Origin: Eledone cirrhosa | Lineage: Eukaryota | Length of the DNA: 64,000 nt | Reading direction: 5' to 3' | NCBI GenBank assembly: GCA_964016885.1 | Contig: OZ024741.1 | Coordinates: 183,706,001 to 183,770,000 of the forward strand | In this document: positions 14,766-30,132 of the stretch, piece by piece | Layout: each line of letters starts with the position of its first letter | Position numbering within the stretch: position 1 is the stretch's first letter | Made by a program: the position numbers and the translations under genes | Notes under the pieces: model-generated | The model's input: only the letters and a program-made list of their open reading frames with translations | What the model was told of the DNA's origin: nothing | Database searches by the model: none

Positions 14766-15602
14766 AGGTGTTACTGCCGATAAAAAGGGAACGAAAAAGG
14801 GAGTGCAGACGCAGCTACGATGAGATAGAATCTTTGAGCTGACGACAGACATCACCATATGACCAAATGGAAACACCAGACGATATGTCACATGATCAAC
14901 AGACAAGAGAAGAAAATATAATGTTATATTGTTTGTTACTGAAGTTATTATAAATCATAGTTGTAATATTAAATTAATTGCCTGGTATTAGTTATGACTT
15001 CGCGGTAGCAATAATATTCTTTATCTGGTATTGATATTTTTATGGATTGTCATTATCCCAGCGTCATAGTGTTTGCTTATTGCTGAAGCTATATCATAAC
15101 TGTAATTTTCACATTGTCTGTTGCTGATGTTATAATGATAACACGCAGGTTTTAAACACTGATATATTTGGACTAGTGTCGTAATCGTGGTTGTTATAGT
15201 TATAGGATTTCGGCCGTTATACCCTCCGGCTGTCTCCAGATGCCTGTCTTATTAGGCAACGTTTTCGAAATTTCGAACAGATCTCTTTATTCAACGAATG
15301 GGCGTAAATTGTTTTCATTCAATTGTCCGCGACCGAGGTATTTCCGTCAGTTATTCCCGTATTGGTTATGCTATAGTCGAGACAATAACATAGCTCCACT
15401 TAAACCACGTACTCTGAATGGAGTTGAACGAACAAGATGTATCACAAACATGCAAATAATTAATACGAGAATATTTAGGTTATGGACAACGGAATGAGAA
15501 CAATCTACCTCCATGGTTTGAATAAAGAGTTCAGTTTGAAAATATGGTGTCACAATTCAAATGTTATGCTGTTTGTTCGTTACTGATGATCTTTATGATA
15601 TA

Positions 15603-16287
15603 CTAGAAATCGTACCCGGCGTTGCACGGGATTAGGTATTTTGGAACGCGGGCCGCCAATAGACCTAAAAACTGCATGCCTGGACAATATGTAAAGAAAA
15701 TAAACCGAATACTCTGATGGCTGGATAATCTTTAAGATTTTCCTCGATGAAGCAGAAAAAATGCAGGTTTTCACCTAATGCGGGCCCTAGGGGATCAGGA
15801 AAATGAATTTTTTTTATTTGCATAATATGCCTTGAAATTTTGGGAAAATCGACTCGACGTAACGCCTCAAAAACCTCTAAAAATGTTAAACAACGCAGTT
15901 TTTCACCTAATGCGGGCCCTAAGAGATAAAAAAAAGTTGAATTTTTTAATGTCCATAACACTCCCTGAAACATAAGTAATACACATGTAAAGTTTGAAAA
16001 AATTCGGTTGGGTACTTCTCGAGTTTTAGGGACCCCCCCCCACACATACACACTCACAACCACACAAACACACACACACACACAGACATCCTCAAGGAAG
16101 TGACGTAATGCGCCTAATGTGATCCCTGGGGCATAGAAAATTTGAAATTTCTTTTGCTCAGAACACTCCCTGAAACATAAGTATTACATGTGTAAAGTTT
16201 GAAAACAGTCGGTGGGGTGGTTCTCGAGTTTTAGGGATTCGAACTCACACACACACAGACAGACATCCTCAGTTTTATATATATAGA
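15603..16287 (-). mobile_element. Non-autonomous Helitron
   Basis: Minus strand starts A|TCTATATATA and ends CTAG|T, with a subterminal hairpin CCCGTGCAACGCCGGG; internal direct repeats. Confidence 0.85.
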
Positions 16288-16385
16288 TCATAGTTCTAAT
16301 GCCATATTGCCTGTTACATATATTATGGTATGTCAAAATTCTATCATTGTTTGTTACTGATGCTGTTTATGGTATATTATAGTTC

Positions 16386-16555
16386 ATCGGTAGAGTGCTC
16401 GACGCCATGCTTTCCAGCATAGTTACCTCCCTTTACGGCCTGAGTTCAAATCCCGTCGAGGTTAACTTTGCCTTTCATCCTTACGTGTATCGATAAAATA
16501 AAGTACCAGTAATGCACTGGGTATTTGCTGGCCTTGGGCCAAAAGTAGAAACAAT
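16386..16555 (+). mobile_element. tRNA-derived SINE
   Basis: tgagttcaaatcccgtcgaggttaactttgcctttcatcc...aaagtaccagt. Confidence 0.8.
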
Positions 16556-16983
16556 TATAGTTCTAATGTTATAGTTATGACATGTCATTTCTTTAATGCC
16601 ACACTGCTTGTTACTTATGTTATTGTGATATATCGTAGCTCTAATGTCAGATTGCCTCTTCTTTATGTTATATGTTATATGCCATAGATATAATGTCATA
16701 CTGCCGCTTACTTACATTATTAAGATGTCACAGTTCTACCATCATATTGTTTGTTTGTTATTCAACGATATTATGATATACCATTGTTCTAATGTCATAG
16801 TATTTGTTACTGATGTTGTTTATGATATGTCATTGTTGAAATTTTACAGTGATGTTAGTTTTATGGATTAAAGATATTGAAGTAATACAAGTAAAAAGAC
16901 GAAGAAAAGAACAATCCTAAAAAAAACCCAGCACACAATGATAATAGTATATTAGTATAACACCTTAAAAAAGTAATAAAAGA

Positions 16984-17020
16984 GTTTTGACGTTTCGGAC
17001 AGTAGTTCTTCACAGGAAAG
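16984..17020 (-). ncRNA. Degenerate minimal hammerhead in a PLE terminal remnant
   Basis: Minus strand CTG-TGAAGAACTACTGTCCGAAACGTC; one core base missing. Confidence 0.5.
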
Positions 17021-17932
17021 AGAAACACAGAAACGAGAGAAATTTATTGGTAAAGAAAGAAAAAAAGTCAATCCGTTGTTGAAAGGGGATGTAGACTGAC
17101 CCCATTAATATACAACAACAACAACAACTACAACAACAATAATGAACACTTACAGCTGTTCTGTATTTTTGTTCCTATTAAGATCTTTACGCGTTCTGAA
17201 TAAAAAATAATTTTTTTCGTTTTTGATAGTATTTCTATATTTAACTGAATTTCCAAAAATGAAGAATTTAATATTGCAAGCTTCTCCGAAATAAAAGTGG
17301 CGGATGTGGAAGAAGAAAAACAAAAGCAAAATAAAAACGTAGATAACTATGTCGTATGTATCTAGTAAGAATTGTCGTATGCATCTTGAAGAATTTACAT
17401 AGAATCAACAAATTCTTATTTCATTAATATTTTCGAAATGATAAATGTCAGTTGTGATTTATTCCAAAGAATTCCAATATTATTATTCTGTATAAGGGGG
17501 GAGGGGGTTGACACAATTGGTAGAGTGTCGTCTACAGAAGAATGAACAATAAAATAGACTTGGGAAGGACGTAGGGTGACGTAACGATGTGCTACCAATT
17601 TAGCTATCCATCACCCTAAACAAATGTAGAACAAGTGGATCCAAATATCCAGTCTTCGGCGACATACAGTGGCAGTAATAAATAATCAATTGACATAAAA
17701 GATGTTTTTGATCTTTGTTGGTTTTATTGCAGGTCACCTCTCATTAAGTAGATCCATGATGAAAGCATTCAAGCTTTGACCATCCCATTGTATTTTCAGA
17801 CAATGTATACAAGTCATTGAAGCGAGGTTTACCAAAGCTCCAGGGCGTTTTCAAGACTTCAAGACTTAGGAATAAAATAGGATTCTACAACAGCAATACC
17901 AAATCTATCTTAATATATGACCAAGCATGCTG

Positions 17933-18106
17933 CAGACCTGCCAACCTCTAAAACCCCAAAGGGGGAGTACCATGGAAAAAGTGCTTCAAAATGGGGATAT
18001 TTTACATAAAGAAAGCTATACCCATTTTCACAAGAGAAGACATCTCTCACCCACCCCAAAAGCTATTGCAACTCTCCCCGTCGGACGGGGAGACTAGACC
18101 GGTCTG
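17933..18106. mobile_element. MITE (hAT-like) with 6-bp TSD
   Basis: Termini CAGACC.../...GGTCTG; ATGCTG on both flanks; inverted homologue at 51656-51815. Confidence 0.75.
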
Positions 18107-18247
18107 ATGCTGGCCAGTGGCAAAAAGAGAAATGAATAAGATCAATGATTTTCACAATGGATACCTGAGTAAAATTTGTCGCATCGATTGATCCAACAAA
18201 GTGCTACATGAGGATCACGATGTGGTAACCACAAAACTAGTTACAAT

Positions 18248-18612
18248 ATTCTTCTTCTCATCCCATCCTCATATCTGAGGGTCGGGGCTTATGGATCCAT
18301 CTTTTCCTGTCTCTTGCAAACTCTTTCCTGTCCATTCCTTAATATCATCTGTCCATCTCCTTTTCTGTCGTCCTCTGACCCGTTTCCCTTCCATTCGTCC
18401 CTTAAGGATGCATGTAGTCATATTTTGGGCCTTGATGACATAACCAAAATACTGAAGTTCCCTTTTCCTTACTGTTTCAACCAACTGTCGATTAGCACCA
18501 ATCTCTTCCAGGACAGATTCATTTGTTCTGTGAGCTGTCCAGCTAATTCTAAGTGCATGCCTATAGCATGGTATTTTAAATGTACTCAGTCGTTTCAAGT
18601 CAGATGTCTTTA
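18248..18612 (-). mobile_element. RTE/BovB-like LINE 3' fragment
   Basis: CYRHALRISWTAHRTNESVLEE...LQYFGY...GRMEGKRVRGRQKRRWTDDIKEWTG. Confidence 0.85.
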
Positions 18613-21418
18613 AAGTTACAATATTATACTCATCTAAATAAAACGTTAGGGGCTTAGGTGGCTAGGTCACACACTCAGAAAGGATGAGGACAGGTTACCA
18701 TATATAAGCACCACTTGGAAACCGAAAATTTAGACGACCAAAGAACAGTTAAAGGCAAGCTGAGGAATGAATCTTGGGATTAATGTGAATGCCTTTGGAT
18801 TAACGAAGCCTTATTTCCAGGCCAGGAAGTAGAAGATTGAAGTATTCTAGAACTACAAAGTGTCTTTTAAAAAATATAGTATCGTGGGTTTTGAGGGAAA
18901 TTTAGCTACTATTTCTTGCAGGTCATGAGATCACGTAGATATTTCCTCGATAAGAAGTAACAGGTCAAGATGGGAATGCAACAACTCGCTTAGATATTCC
19001 GTTGAAGACTTTTTACGCCTGGTTACATCACATCATTAATTGTTGGCATTGAAAAATGTATGAGAGTCACACAATCTCATTTTCTCAATGTTATCAAATT
19101 TTTAGGCCTTTTTGCTCACGTGAGAAATAATGGTAAACACTTTATTGCTGGAATTTTATGAAGAAGCTGGAATAAAAAAAAGCAAGGTTAATCCAATCTG
19201 TAGCTGTTAAACATATTTCCCATTTAAAAGGAGGGCGTTAACCATGGATACACAAGGCTTATACATGTACACATTTACACACACACCTGTGTGCATCTAC
19301 ACTTTCATCGACAAAAATATCGAATGAGGAATAGACACACTCATATACGATATAGATTTATACAAACATATACAAAAACACACACGCACACTCACACACG
19401 CACACACACACGTATATATATAAATACATATTTGTATACATCTCTCTCTCCCTCTCTCTCTCCCCTCTCTCTCTACACACACACACATATATATATAAGT
19501 ATATATATATATATATATATACATACATGCATACATATATAAACATATGTATATTGACACACTTAAATTCAGTGAATGGCCGTTCTTTGTTGCCTTACTC
19601 TCTATCTTTATAGGATTTGATTTTTACTTTATTTACAAAAGATCAAGATGCCAATAAGTGACAGACTAATACCAAACAAATACAGGAACGTGATGGCACT
19701 TGAAGGAAAGGTTATATTTCACTTGGCTTCTTCCCTTGTTCTTTGTGTCAATACCTAACTTTCAGGATGCGGTATCTGTAGTATAAAGGTATTAAGGTGG
19801 ATGAACGAACGAGGAGATTAAAAACAACAAAAAAGAAACCCCCCCCCCCCCCCAAAAAAAAAAAAGCAAAAAAAAACAAGCAAACAAAAAACACAAAAAA
19901 TAAAAATAATGTTAGAGATTTTGAAAGGTCTTCAAATTGTAAAAAAAATTTACATCACACGCTGGTTTCTTGCAGACAGTCAAGTATAATGAAAAAAAAT
20001 CACATCTTTAGGCAACGCTCAATGGCTTGAACACTCATACATATATGCGGACATGGCTGTGTAATTAAGTTTACTTCACAACTGCGTGGTTTTAGGTTTG
20101 ATCCTACTGTGCGGTTTCTTGGACAAATAGATATCTTTTACAATAGCCTCGTATCAGCTAACATAACATTTCTTAAACTGAAACTGTTTGGAAGCCCGTC
20201 GGATGGACCATTATTGTTCGTTTTCTTGAGTGTTAGACTTAATTCGGCATCCGATTTACCTCCTCCCTTCCACGCCACCACTGTTACCACCGACCCGTCC
20301 CCGACGACTACGACAACGACCACCACCACCTCTACCACCACGGCTCCGACTCCGATTACCTCCCCATGACAACCACGACCCCCCCCCCCCCCACCACCAC
20401 CACCACGACCATCACCACAATCATGAAAAAAGGTCATGGATGCCGCCTTTCCTCCTTGAATAGTTTCACAATTAGCTGATTTTCTAAAAAGAAAACCCCA
20501 AAACAAACAAACAAACAAAACAAAAAAAAAGCCCTTCCACTGCACGTTGCTTATTGGCATTCACTGAATTCACAAATGCCTCATGTTTCATTGTGTCTAA
20601 ATCATTGTGAAGTGCATATTTATCTTTCTCACCTAAAATGCACACTTATCAAGAATAATTTGGAATGGCCACGCTCTAATGTCTTCCTTCAATCCACCAC
20701 AATTAGCAGAAGTCTGTTTTGTTGAAGATGTAGGAATATGCTACAATTTCTCAATTACATTTGATTGAACTTACTATATTGGTGTCTATGTCAGGAGGTG
20801 TTGTTGCTGATGAAGAACATTGTTTAGTAGGTTTCCTAGATACACTTAGTTCAACCATCTACCGACACATAACAACTCATCAATCTCGTGATCGAAGTTA
20901 TGACCCTTATTGATTACCGATGAACGAACAATCAAATTCAACATCTGTTTCTGCCTTCAAGATTGAGTTATTTGTGACATTTTAGTCGCAGGCCAATGAC
21001 CATGCGATTAACTATAGCTTCTTGATCCTTCTTCTTTCTTGTTTCCTGTTCACTGAGATAAGACCTGTTCATGATGTGCCTAGAAATAACACAAAACAAC
21101 AACAACAACAAATAACAAATAAATAAACAAATGAAAACAACCCAATAATGATCCATTAATCCACTTTTAACGACCTTTTATCATTCGTATAAGAGAAATG
21201 CATGAAAGAAATCTCTCTACAATTAGAATACATTATTATCTGTTCAAAGAAAAACATTGATTTGGCTAAACTCCTATACATTAATTAAACAGCCTATAGA
21301 ATAGAGGAATTTGAAAATCAATAAAATATAAATTAGAGCCATAGTTAATTATTGTAAACAATTGGCTACAATTTTAACAATTCATATGTAAAACTCTAAA
21401 TCTCTAATTTACTGATTA

Positions 21419-22801
<1,383 letters not shown>

Positions 22802-23390
22802 TATTGAGATCTATGTTAGGAAATGAATGCGATTGATTAGCAGAGGCGTTAGAGCATCGGATAAACTGCACTGTGAAATGTTTTCGGCTCTCTGTCCTTT
22901 GCGTTCAAATCACACGGAGGTCAATTTTGCTTTTTATCCTTTAAAAGTTAGGTAAGAAAGTACTAACTCGGTGTTGGTACAGAGCGCTCTCCCTCTAGCA
23001 ATCGTTCCCCTGGGTTTAGTGTAGGAGGGCGAAGCAGGTGTCTGCGTCTGTTCGTGAGTACATATGCACCTAAAACCCATATTGAAATCATGGTACGTGC
23101 AACTAAGTCATCCTCAATTGCAAACATCTAGGTGTAAATGTCATTTCTTTCTACCTACGCTTAATCAAAATTCTAAATAGTTTACCAGCCAAAAAGAAAA
23201 AGAAAAAGAAAAAGAAAAACAAAAAAAAAACCGGACGTGTTTTTAAAAGAGAATCTTATGGTACAGTTCAGCTGTATTGTTTCCATTGCTTTAAATAAAG
23301 TCCTGGTCAAATGAATACCTAGTAATTCTTAACTTTCTCAACAGGAGTGATGTATTCCACACACCGGCATACATACATACATACATACAT

Positions 23391-23421
<31 letters not shown>

Positions 23422-24077
23422 TATATACATACATGCATACATGTATGCATACATACATACATACATACATACATACATACATACATACATACATTCTGTC
23501 CTCTGTTTTTATATGCACACATATAAAAACAGACGACAGAAATGGAGAAAACGATAAAGAAAAGAGGTATGAGAGAAGGCAAAGAGAGAGATCGAGAGAG
23601 AGAAAGATCTCTCTCTCTCTCTCTCTCTCGAGAGAGAGAGAGTTAACTCCCCCTTCCCTCTCTCTCTCTCTCTCGAGAGAGAGAGAGAGTGAGAAGGGGG
23701 AGTTAACTGCATCAGATATACTGTATGTAAATATTTATCTTATGTGTGTACATACATAGTGATTTCAGTGTATAACTTTCTCTGAACACTGGTATGTATA
23801 TATGTAGGTACGTTAGTGCATATGTTTCAGTATCTACATGTATATGCGTGTGTGTGTGAATGTGTGTGTATTTCTGTGTATGTGCGTGTGCGTGCGTGTG
23901 TGTGTTTATGCGTTTGTATGTGTGCATGAGTGTACTGAAAACAAACTGTACCCTTGGAATAAAAAATGAATGCATAAAATATTCATGACCCAGCATACAT
24001 AAACAAACGCTCTCTCACACACATATATATATATATAAATATACATACATATACATGCACACGCATATATATATATA

Positions 24078-24427
<350 letters not shown>

Positions 24428-24561
24428 TATATATATATATATATAAATCATCTCTGTGTGTATGTAGATGGCTGTGTATGAATATATGTATAAACGTATC
24501 TATCTATCTATATATATATATATATATACTTACTGAGAGTGTGTGAGTAGGTGTATGCATG

Positions 24562-24610
<49 letters not shown>

Positions 24611-24948
24611 TCACACACAAATATGCACATTTATACACATATCATATTGATTTATTATTTTTACGTGCAAATACATAAAAATGGTTTATACATTGGTTGT
24701 TTGGGAAATCATCTCTGTGTATGAATGTATGTATGTGTATATGAATGTGTGTGTATGTGTGTATGTGTGTATGTGTATGTGTATGTATATATGTATAAAT
24801 GTATGTAAGTGTGATAATAAGAGTTCGTGGACCAGTGTTTCTTCCCTTACATGATTAGATAGATGTGTACTTAATATACTAGTTACCGGGTATCTTATAC
24901 AATTGACACAAACACAAAAACATACTGGAAATCCTATTCATATGCATA

Positions 24949-25065
<117 letters not shown>

Positions 25066-25184
25066 ACGCACACACACACATATATATATATATATTTGCA
25101 CATACACAGACTCAGGCATACACATACTCACAGACACACACACGCACACACACTCACACATACACTCACACACACTCACACAGC

Positions 25185-25215
<31 letters not shown>

Positions 25216-25521
25216 GTATAGCTATATATATATATATATTCAATGATGTATGCGTGGGTACATGTGTTTGTCCTGGAAGTGTAAAAAAAAGTATACAGAT
25301 GTAGAACGGTACACGAAAAATGGGAAATGTAAAATGAAACAAAAAACGAAACCCGGCAAAGTACAAGAAGGACCAAAACTAACAAGGAAAGAAAATTAAA
25401 CAGTAATACAATACAGTATTTGAAAAAAGTATTATACGTCATGTGATGTTGGATGTGTGTATATATTGCACACAATATCTTCAAGGTTTTGTGTGCATCA
25501 TTGTACGTCTATCTATATGTA

Positions 25522-25600
<79 letters not shown>

Positions 25601-25709
25601 ATGCGTGTGTGTAAGTGTGTATGTGTGCATGTATACATATATATGTATATATATAACAAATATTATATATAAATAAATATATATATATATATACATACAT
25701 ATATGTGTG

Positions 25710-25757
<48 letters not shown>

Positions 25758-25783
25758 TATATTTGCACATTCACAGACGCAGG

Positions 25784-25863
<80 letters not shown>

Positions 25864-25997
25864 TGTGTTCATATATACACATACTTGTCTAGAAAGCTGT
25901 CAAGAAAAAAATATAAAGAGAAAGAAAACGTGAGAGAAGGAAAGAGCGAAAGAGAGAGAGAGAGAGGGAGATAGAGAGTGAGAGAGATAGAGAGGGG

Positions 25998-26045
<48 letters not shown>

Positions 26046-26479
26046 GAAGGAAAAGAGAGACAGAAAATTACTTAAAAAACCGTTACACATAAACACATAG
26101 ATACGCATACATACACAGATCTGAGTGATTTGGTCGGCGAATCAACAATTTTGAAATGGATCAATTACCGAGAGAAATGTGTCACCGCCTGAACCGCACA
26201 TCGCATCTCTTTTCACTTCCGGCCAATCATTTCCGTTCTGTTCTTCTATTGTATTCATTCGCATCAACCGGGCAGGAAATGATGATGTCATACACTCACG
26301 TGTATGTATGTACGTATGTATGTATGTATGTATGTATGTATGTATGTATGTATGCATGTATGTATGTATGTATGTATGAGTATATGTATGCATGTATGTA
26401 TGGGCGTATTTATGTCTGCATGTCTGCATGCATGTATTTATGTATGTAAGTATATACATTTATGCATAAATACGTAAAT

Positions 26480-26518
<39 letters not shown>

Positions 26519-26522
<4 letters not shown>

Positions 26523-26733
26523 GGAACGAGTAGGACCCCGACGGCTGAGCTCAAGCCGTTTCGACGGGTAATTCTGGACTAAAATCATGATTTTAGTCCA
26601 GAATTAGCCGTCGAAACGGCTTGAGCTCAGCCGTCGGGGTCCTACTCGTTCCTATTACCCACTCTACTACCCTAAGTATTGAGTACTTTGGTGCGTTATG
26701 GCCCACCTGGTTCCTTACCACATTTCCTTCGTT
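26519..26733 (+). mobile_element. 3' fragment of an HHR-bearing element with a snap-back inverted 5' copy
   Basis: Palindrome 26519-26655 centred on TCATGA; right arm has GAAA-CGGCT...AGCCG-TC (3' half of a hammerhead); homologue at 57395-57504. Confidence 0.7.
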
Positions 26734-26831
26734 ATATATATATATATATATATGTGTGTATGCGTGTGCCTGTGTGTGTATGTGTGTGTGTGTATGTGAT
26801 TGTGCTTGTATGAGAGAGAGAGAGGGAGAGA

Positions 26832-26911
<80 letters not shown>

Positions 26912-28412
26912 TCAAAACAATGCAGATGAACTATAAAATAAAAGTTGAATAAATCAGGTAAGGTCCTCTTAGTGACGGAAAAACTGGACGTCTGCGATAT
27001 CGATACACGAAAGTGCCCCGATCGCTGTTTCCGTATATTTAGAAGTTTTATGTACTGGCTATAAATGTAAACCACAAAAGTGAATATAGGACCAATCAAT
27101 GAACTCCACTGATCTAACATCTTTTTATCTACCATGTGCAAAATCTATTTTTTGCAGTGTTCATCCTCAGACCGAAAGGCGGAGGTCGGGAATATGTGCA
27201 TTCATTCCAAATATGCTTTTCTCTTTTCTTTCCCCCGCATTTCGGTACATTTACGAAAGAGCCGGATGGGAGCATCTCTCTTTCCACCTTAACGGTCGTC
27301 TGAAAGTGGAACATGGGAGAAGAGAAAATGCCTGTCATCAATCAGCACATATGCGTTCCCCGTACAACTTGTTTCTCTATAGCCACAAAACAGGGGAAAT
27401 TTTCATGTTTTTTTTCGACCATAGAAGGGCGGCGTGGAAATAGTCGTGATGAAGTTGGTCGATAGCCAGATCTATTCTACATCCAATATCTGTTTTCCGA
27501 CAAAACTCATTTGGACAGTCAACGAGTTGGCTAAAACGTTTTGTCAGTTTGCACGCATCTCGGACCAGCTTATCTGACCACATATTCATATATTCATGCC
27601 TGAAGAGTTTATTTCGAATCGTATAAAGCGAGAGAGAGAGAGAGGGGGGGGGGGGGGCGAGAAATATTGTCCACGAAGTGATGGAAGCAAAGGTGTCTTT
27701 GGAAGGATTTGAACTCAGAACGCAAACAGCCGGAACAATTACTTCAACAGATACTTGTCCGACGCTCTAACGATTCTGCCTATTGACCGTCTTACTTTAC
27801 AGTAAAGATGGGGGAAATCATGATGAGCGTGGAGACAGCGGTGATGGTGGAAATGATGTTGGAGATGATGAAGATTGTGATAGCAATGGTGGTGGATACG
27901 GTGTGGAGATGTAGGTGGAGTCAGCGTTGGAGATGGTGTGTAAAATGGTCATTGATATGAGGATAGAGATGATGGTTTTAAAGAGAAGGTGTGTACGGCG
28001 GATGTGGTAGATAAGGTAGAGCTGATGGAGCGGTAAAGATAAGGGTTGGGGTAGTAGAGTGGTAAATATGGGGGAGATGGTTGTACAGAGTTATTAAGAT
28101 ATCAGCGATATTAAGGTGTCTTCCATAGTTACGATCCTCAATGTTCTGAGTTCAAAATTCCGCCAAGGCTGATTTTTAACTTCATGTCTCTAAGATCAAT
28201 AAAATATGTACCAGTCATATACTGTGGTCTGTTCATTCACTATGACCTTCACCTTTTATAAATTAAGGCCAATGTGATTGTCTGAAAGCTTACACACCCA
28301 ACACACACACATACACACATTAGCACGTTAATACACATTCACTCAGATACACACCCTTGGATATTTCTATCAAACTTTTACTATAGTATATACACACACA
28401 CACATACACACA

Positions 28413-28498
<86 letters not shown>

Positions 28499-28512
28499 TA
28501 TATATATACATG

Positions 28513-28860
28513 AAAAAAGGAAAAGAATGACTTCACACTTGTAGTTCTAAACTTTAATTTTATAATATTATAACTTTTAGAATTTGGTTTTGTAGATCTA
28601 GTGAGGTTTTTTGTTAACTTCGGTGAGGAGATTTTTTAAAGATTCCTGGTTAACTCTCCCGGAGAACTTCCTCGCATTATCAAACGATTGTCAAACTGAG
28701 ATCTCCCCAGCGAAGTTAACAAAGAACTTACTAGATCTACAAAACCAAATTGTAAAATTATAATATTATAAAATTAAATTGTATAGAACTACTAGTGAAG
28801 TCATTCTTTTCCTTTTTGAAATATACCTAACTGTACCAAGGATTTCACACATCTTCCAAT
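28513..28860 (+). repeat. Long imperfect inverted repeat / snap-back element end in (TA)n
   Basis: 28514-28632 is reverse-complementary to ~28700-28817; terminal 28825-28860 recurs inverted at 29337-29373. Confidence 0.75.
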
Positions 28861-28880
28861 ATATATATATATATATATAT

Positions 28881-29298
28881 ATGTAGGAGGTGAGTTTTAT
28901 TGTAGTACAATAAAGCAATGCAGATATCGGATAAGAAGCACTCTACAGTTTGTAGGACTGGAGTATACATAATATATAAGATCAAAAGATGGTTAAATGA
29001 GTTCCATGTATTTTATTATGCGCATTTCAAAAACAAATATCATCATGCAATAACATTTGTGTTTTCATCAGATAAAATAGGAGGACATGATATGAAGGTT
29101 AAAAAACACTTGTGGATAGTGCAGTTTTAAATCAACATATGAAAAGTAGTTTTAGATTGATGTGTGATATTGGGGAACACATTTTTTGAGGGGGAGGGGA
29201 GGTTGGAAAGGATGAAATAGAGGAGGAGATGAGAGTAAAAAGTGGAGGGGGGGGGGAGTATAGTGAGGAAGGATGAGATAGGAGGAGAGATGGGTGAT
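28881..29298 (-). mobile_element. Solo pseudo-LTR of the Naiad family at 46091-50098
   Basis: Reverse complement aligns to ~49730-50098; ends in (TA)n. Confidence 0.9.
29009..29078 (-). ncRNA. Type I hammerhead ribozyme (Naiad pLTR)
   Basis: ATTTTAT-CTGATGA...GAAA-TGCGCA-TA|ATAAAAT, intact core. Confidence 0.9.
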
Positions 29299-29304
29299 TG
29301 ATCT

Positions 29305-29342
<38 letters not shown>

Positions 29343-29493
29343 AAATGTGTGAAATCCTTGGTACAGTTAGGTAGACAGAGTTAGGGAGACACAGGACAAA
29401 GGAACACGCAACTGAGTAACCGGGAAAAACTAGGATAAGATTAGCTTCCTTTCCCTTCTCCCTCTCACTTCCGGTTGCCCCGTCTCTCTCTCT

Positions 29494-29534
<41 letters not shown>

Positions 29535-29960
29535 ACGATAGAGTCGACACACTAACACCGTCCTCTCGTTAGCGCATCCTACCAGGCTTATGTCTACCAG
29601 CTTTGCTATAACTTACTTATCCTATTTTTTCCCCGGTTACTCAGTTGCATGTTTCTTTGTCCCGTGTCTCCACACGATGGGATCTGTTCACTTGTTTTTT
29701 TCTCCTTTTTCTCCTTTTTCTCTTTCTTCCTCTCCTCTCACCACCTTTCCCCCTATGTTCTTCTTCCTCTTTTCCTCCTTTTTCCTTCCCTTTTCTCTTC
29801 TTTTCCTCCTGGTCTTTTGATTAAGAAAAAGCCTCGGGCGCAACGCGGATCGCTACAGATGTCCTGTAAATAAGCGCCGAAACATCTGGATCGCACATTA
29901 CAGCTGACGAAAGTTTTTTTCTTCTTTTCTCCTCTTGTTCCGTCCAAACCACTATCCTAA

Positions 29961-30020
<60 letters not shown>

Positions 30021-30074
30021 TTATAAATAAAATAACAGGAGGCTGGACTGGTGTAAATCCTTGAAAGGTTTATT

Positions 30075-30132
30075 ATACTATGATCATTTCAATGCCTGGG
30101 TTCCGTATGAATCCGGTGATATCATCAGGTAT
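30075..30132 (-). ncRNA. Type I hammerhead ribozyme
   Basis: ATAC-CTGATGA-stem II (CCGGATTC/GAACCCAGG)-GAAA-TGATCA-TA|GTAT; palindromic stem III. Confidence 0.8.

Noticed and set aside
26920-27620. Higher-complexity stretch with short ORFs
   Set aside because: Could be a decayed transposon, but I could not recognise any motif; left uncalled.
29815-29895. GGCGC/GCGCC stem followed by GAAA
   Set aside because: No CTGANGA adjacent to the stem and no valid UH triplet.
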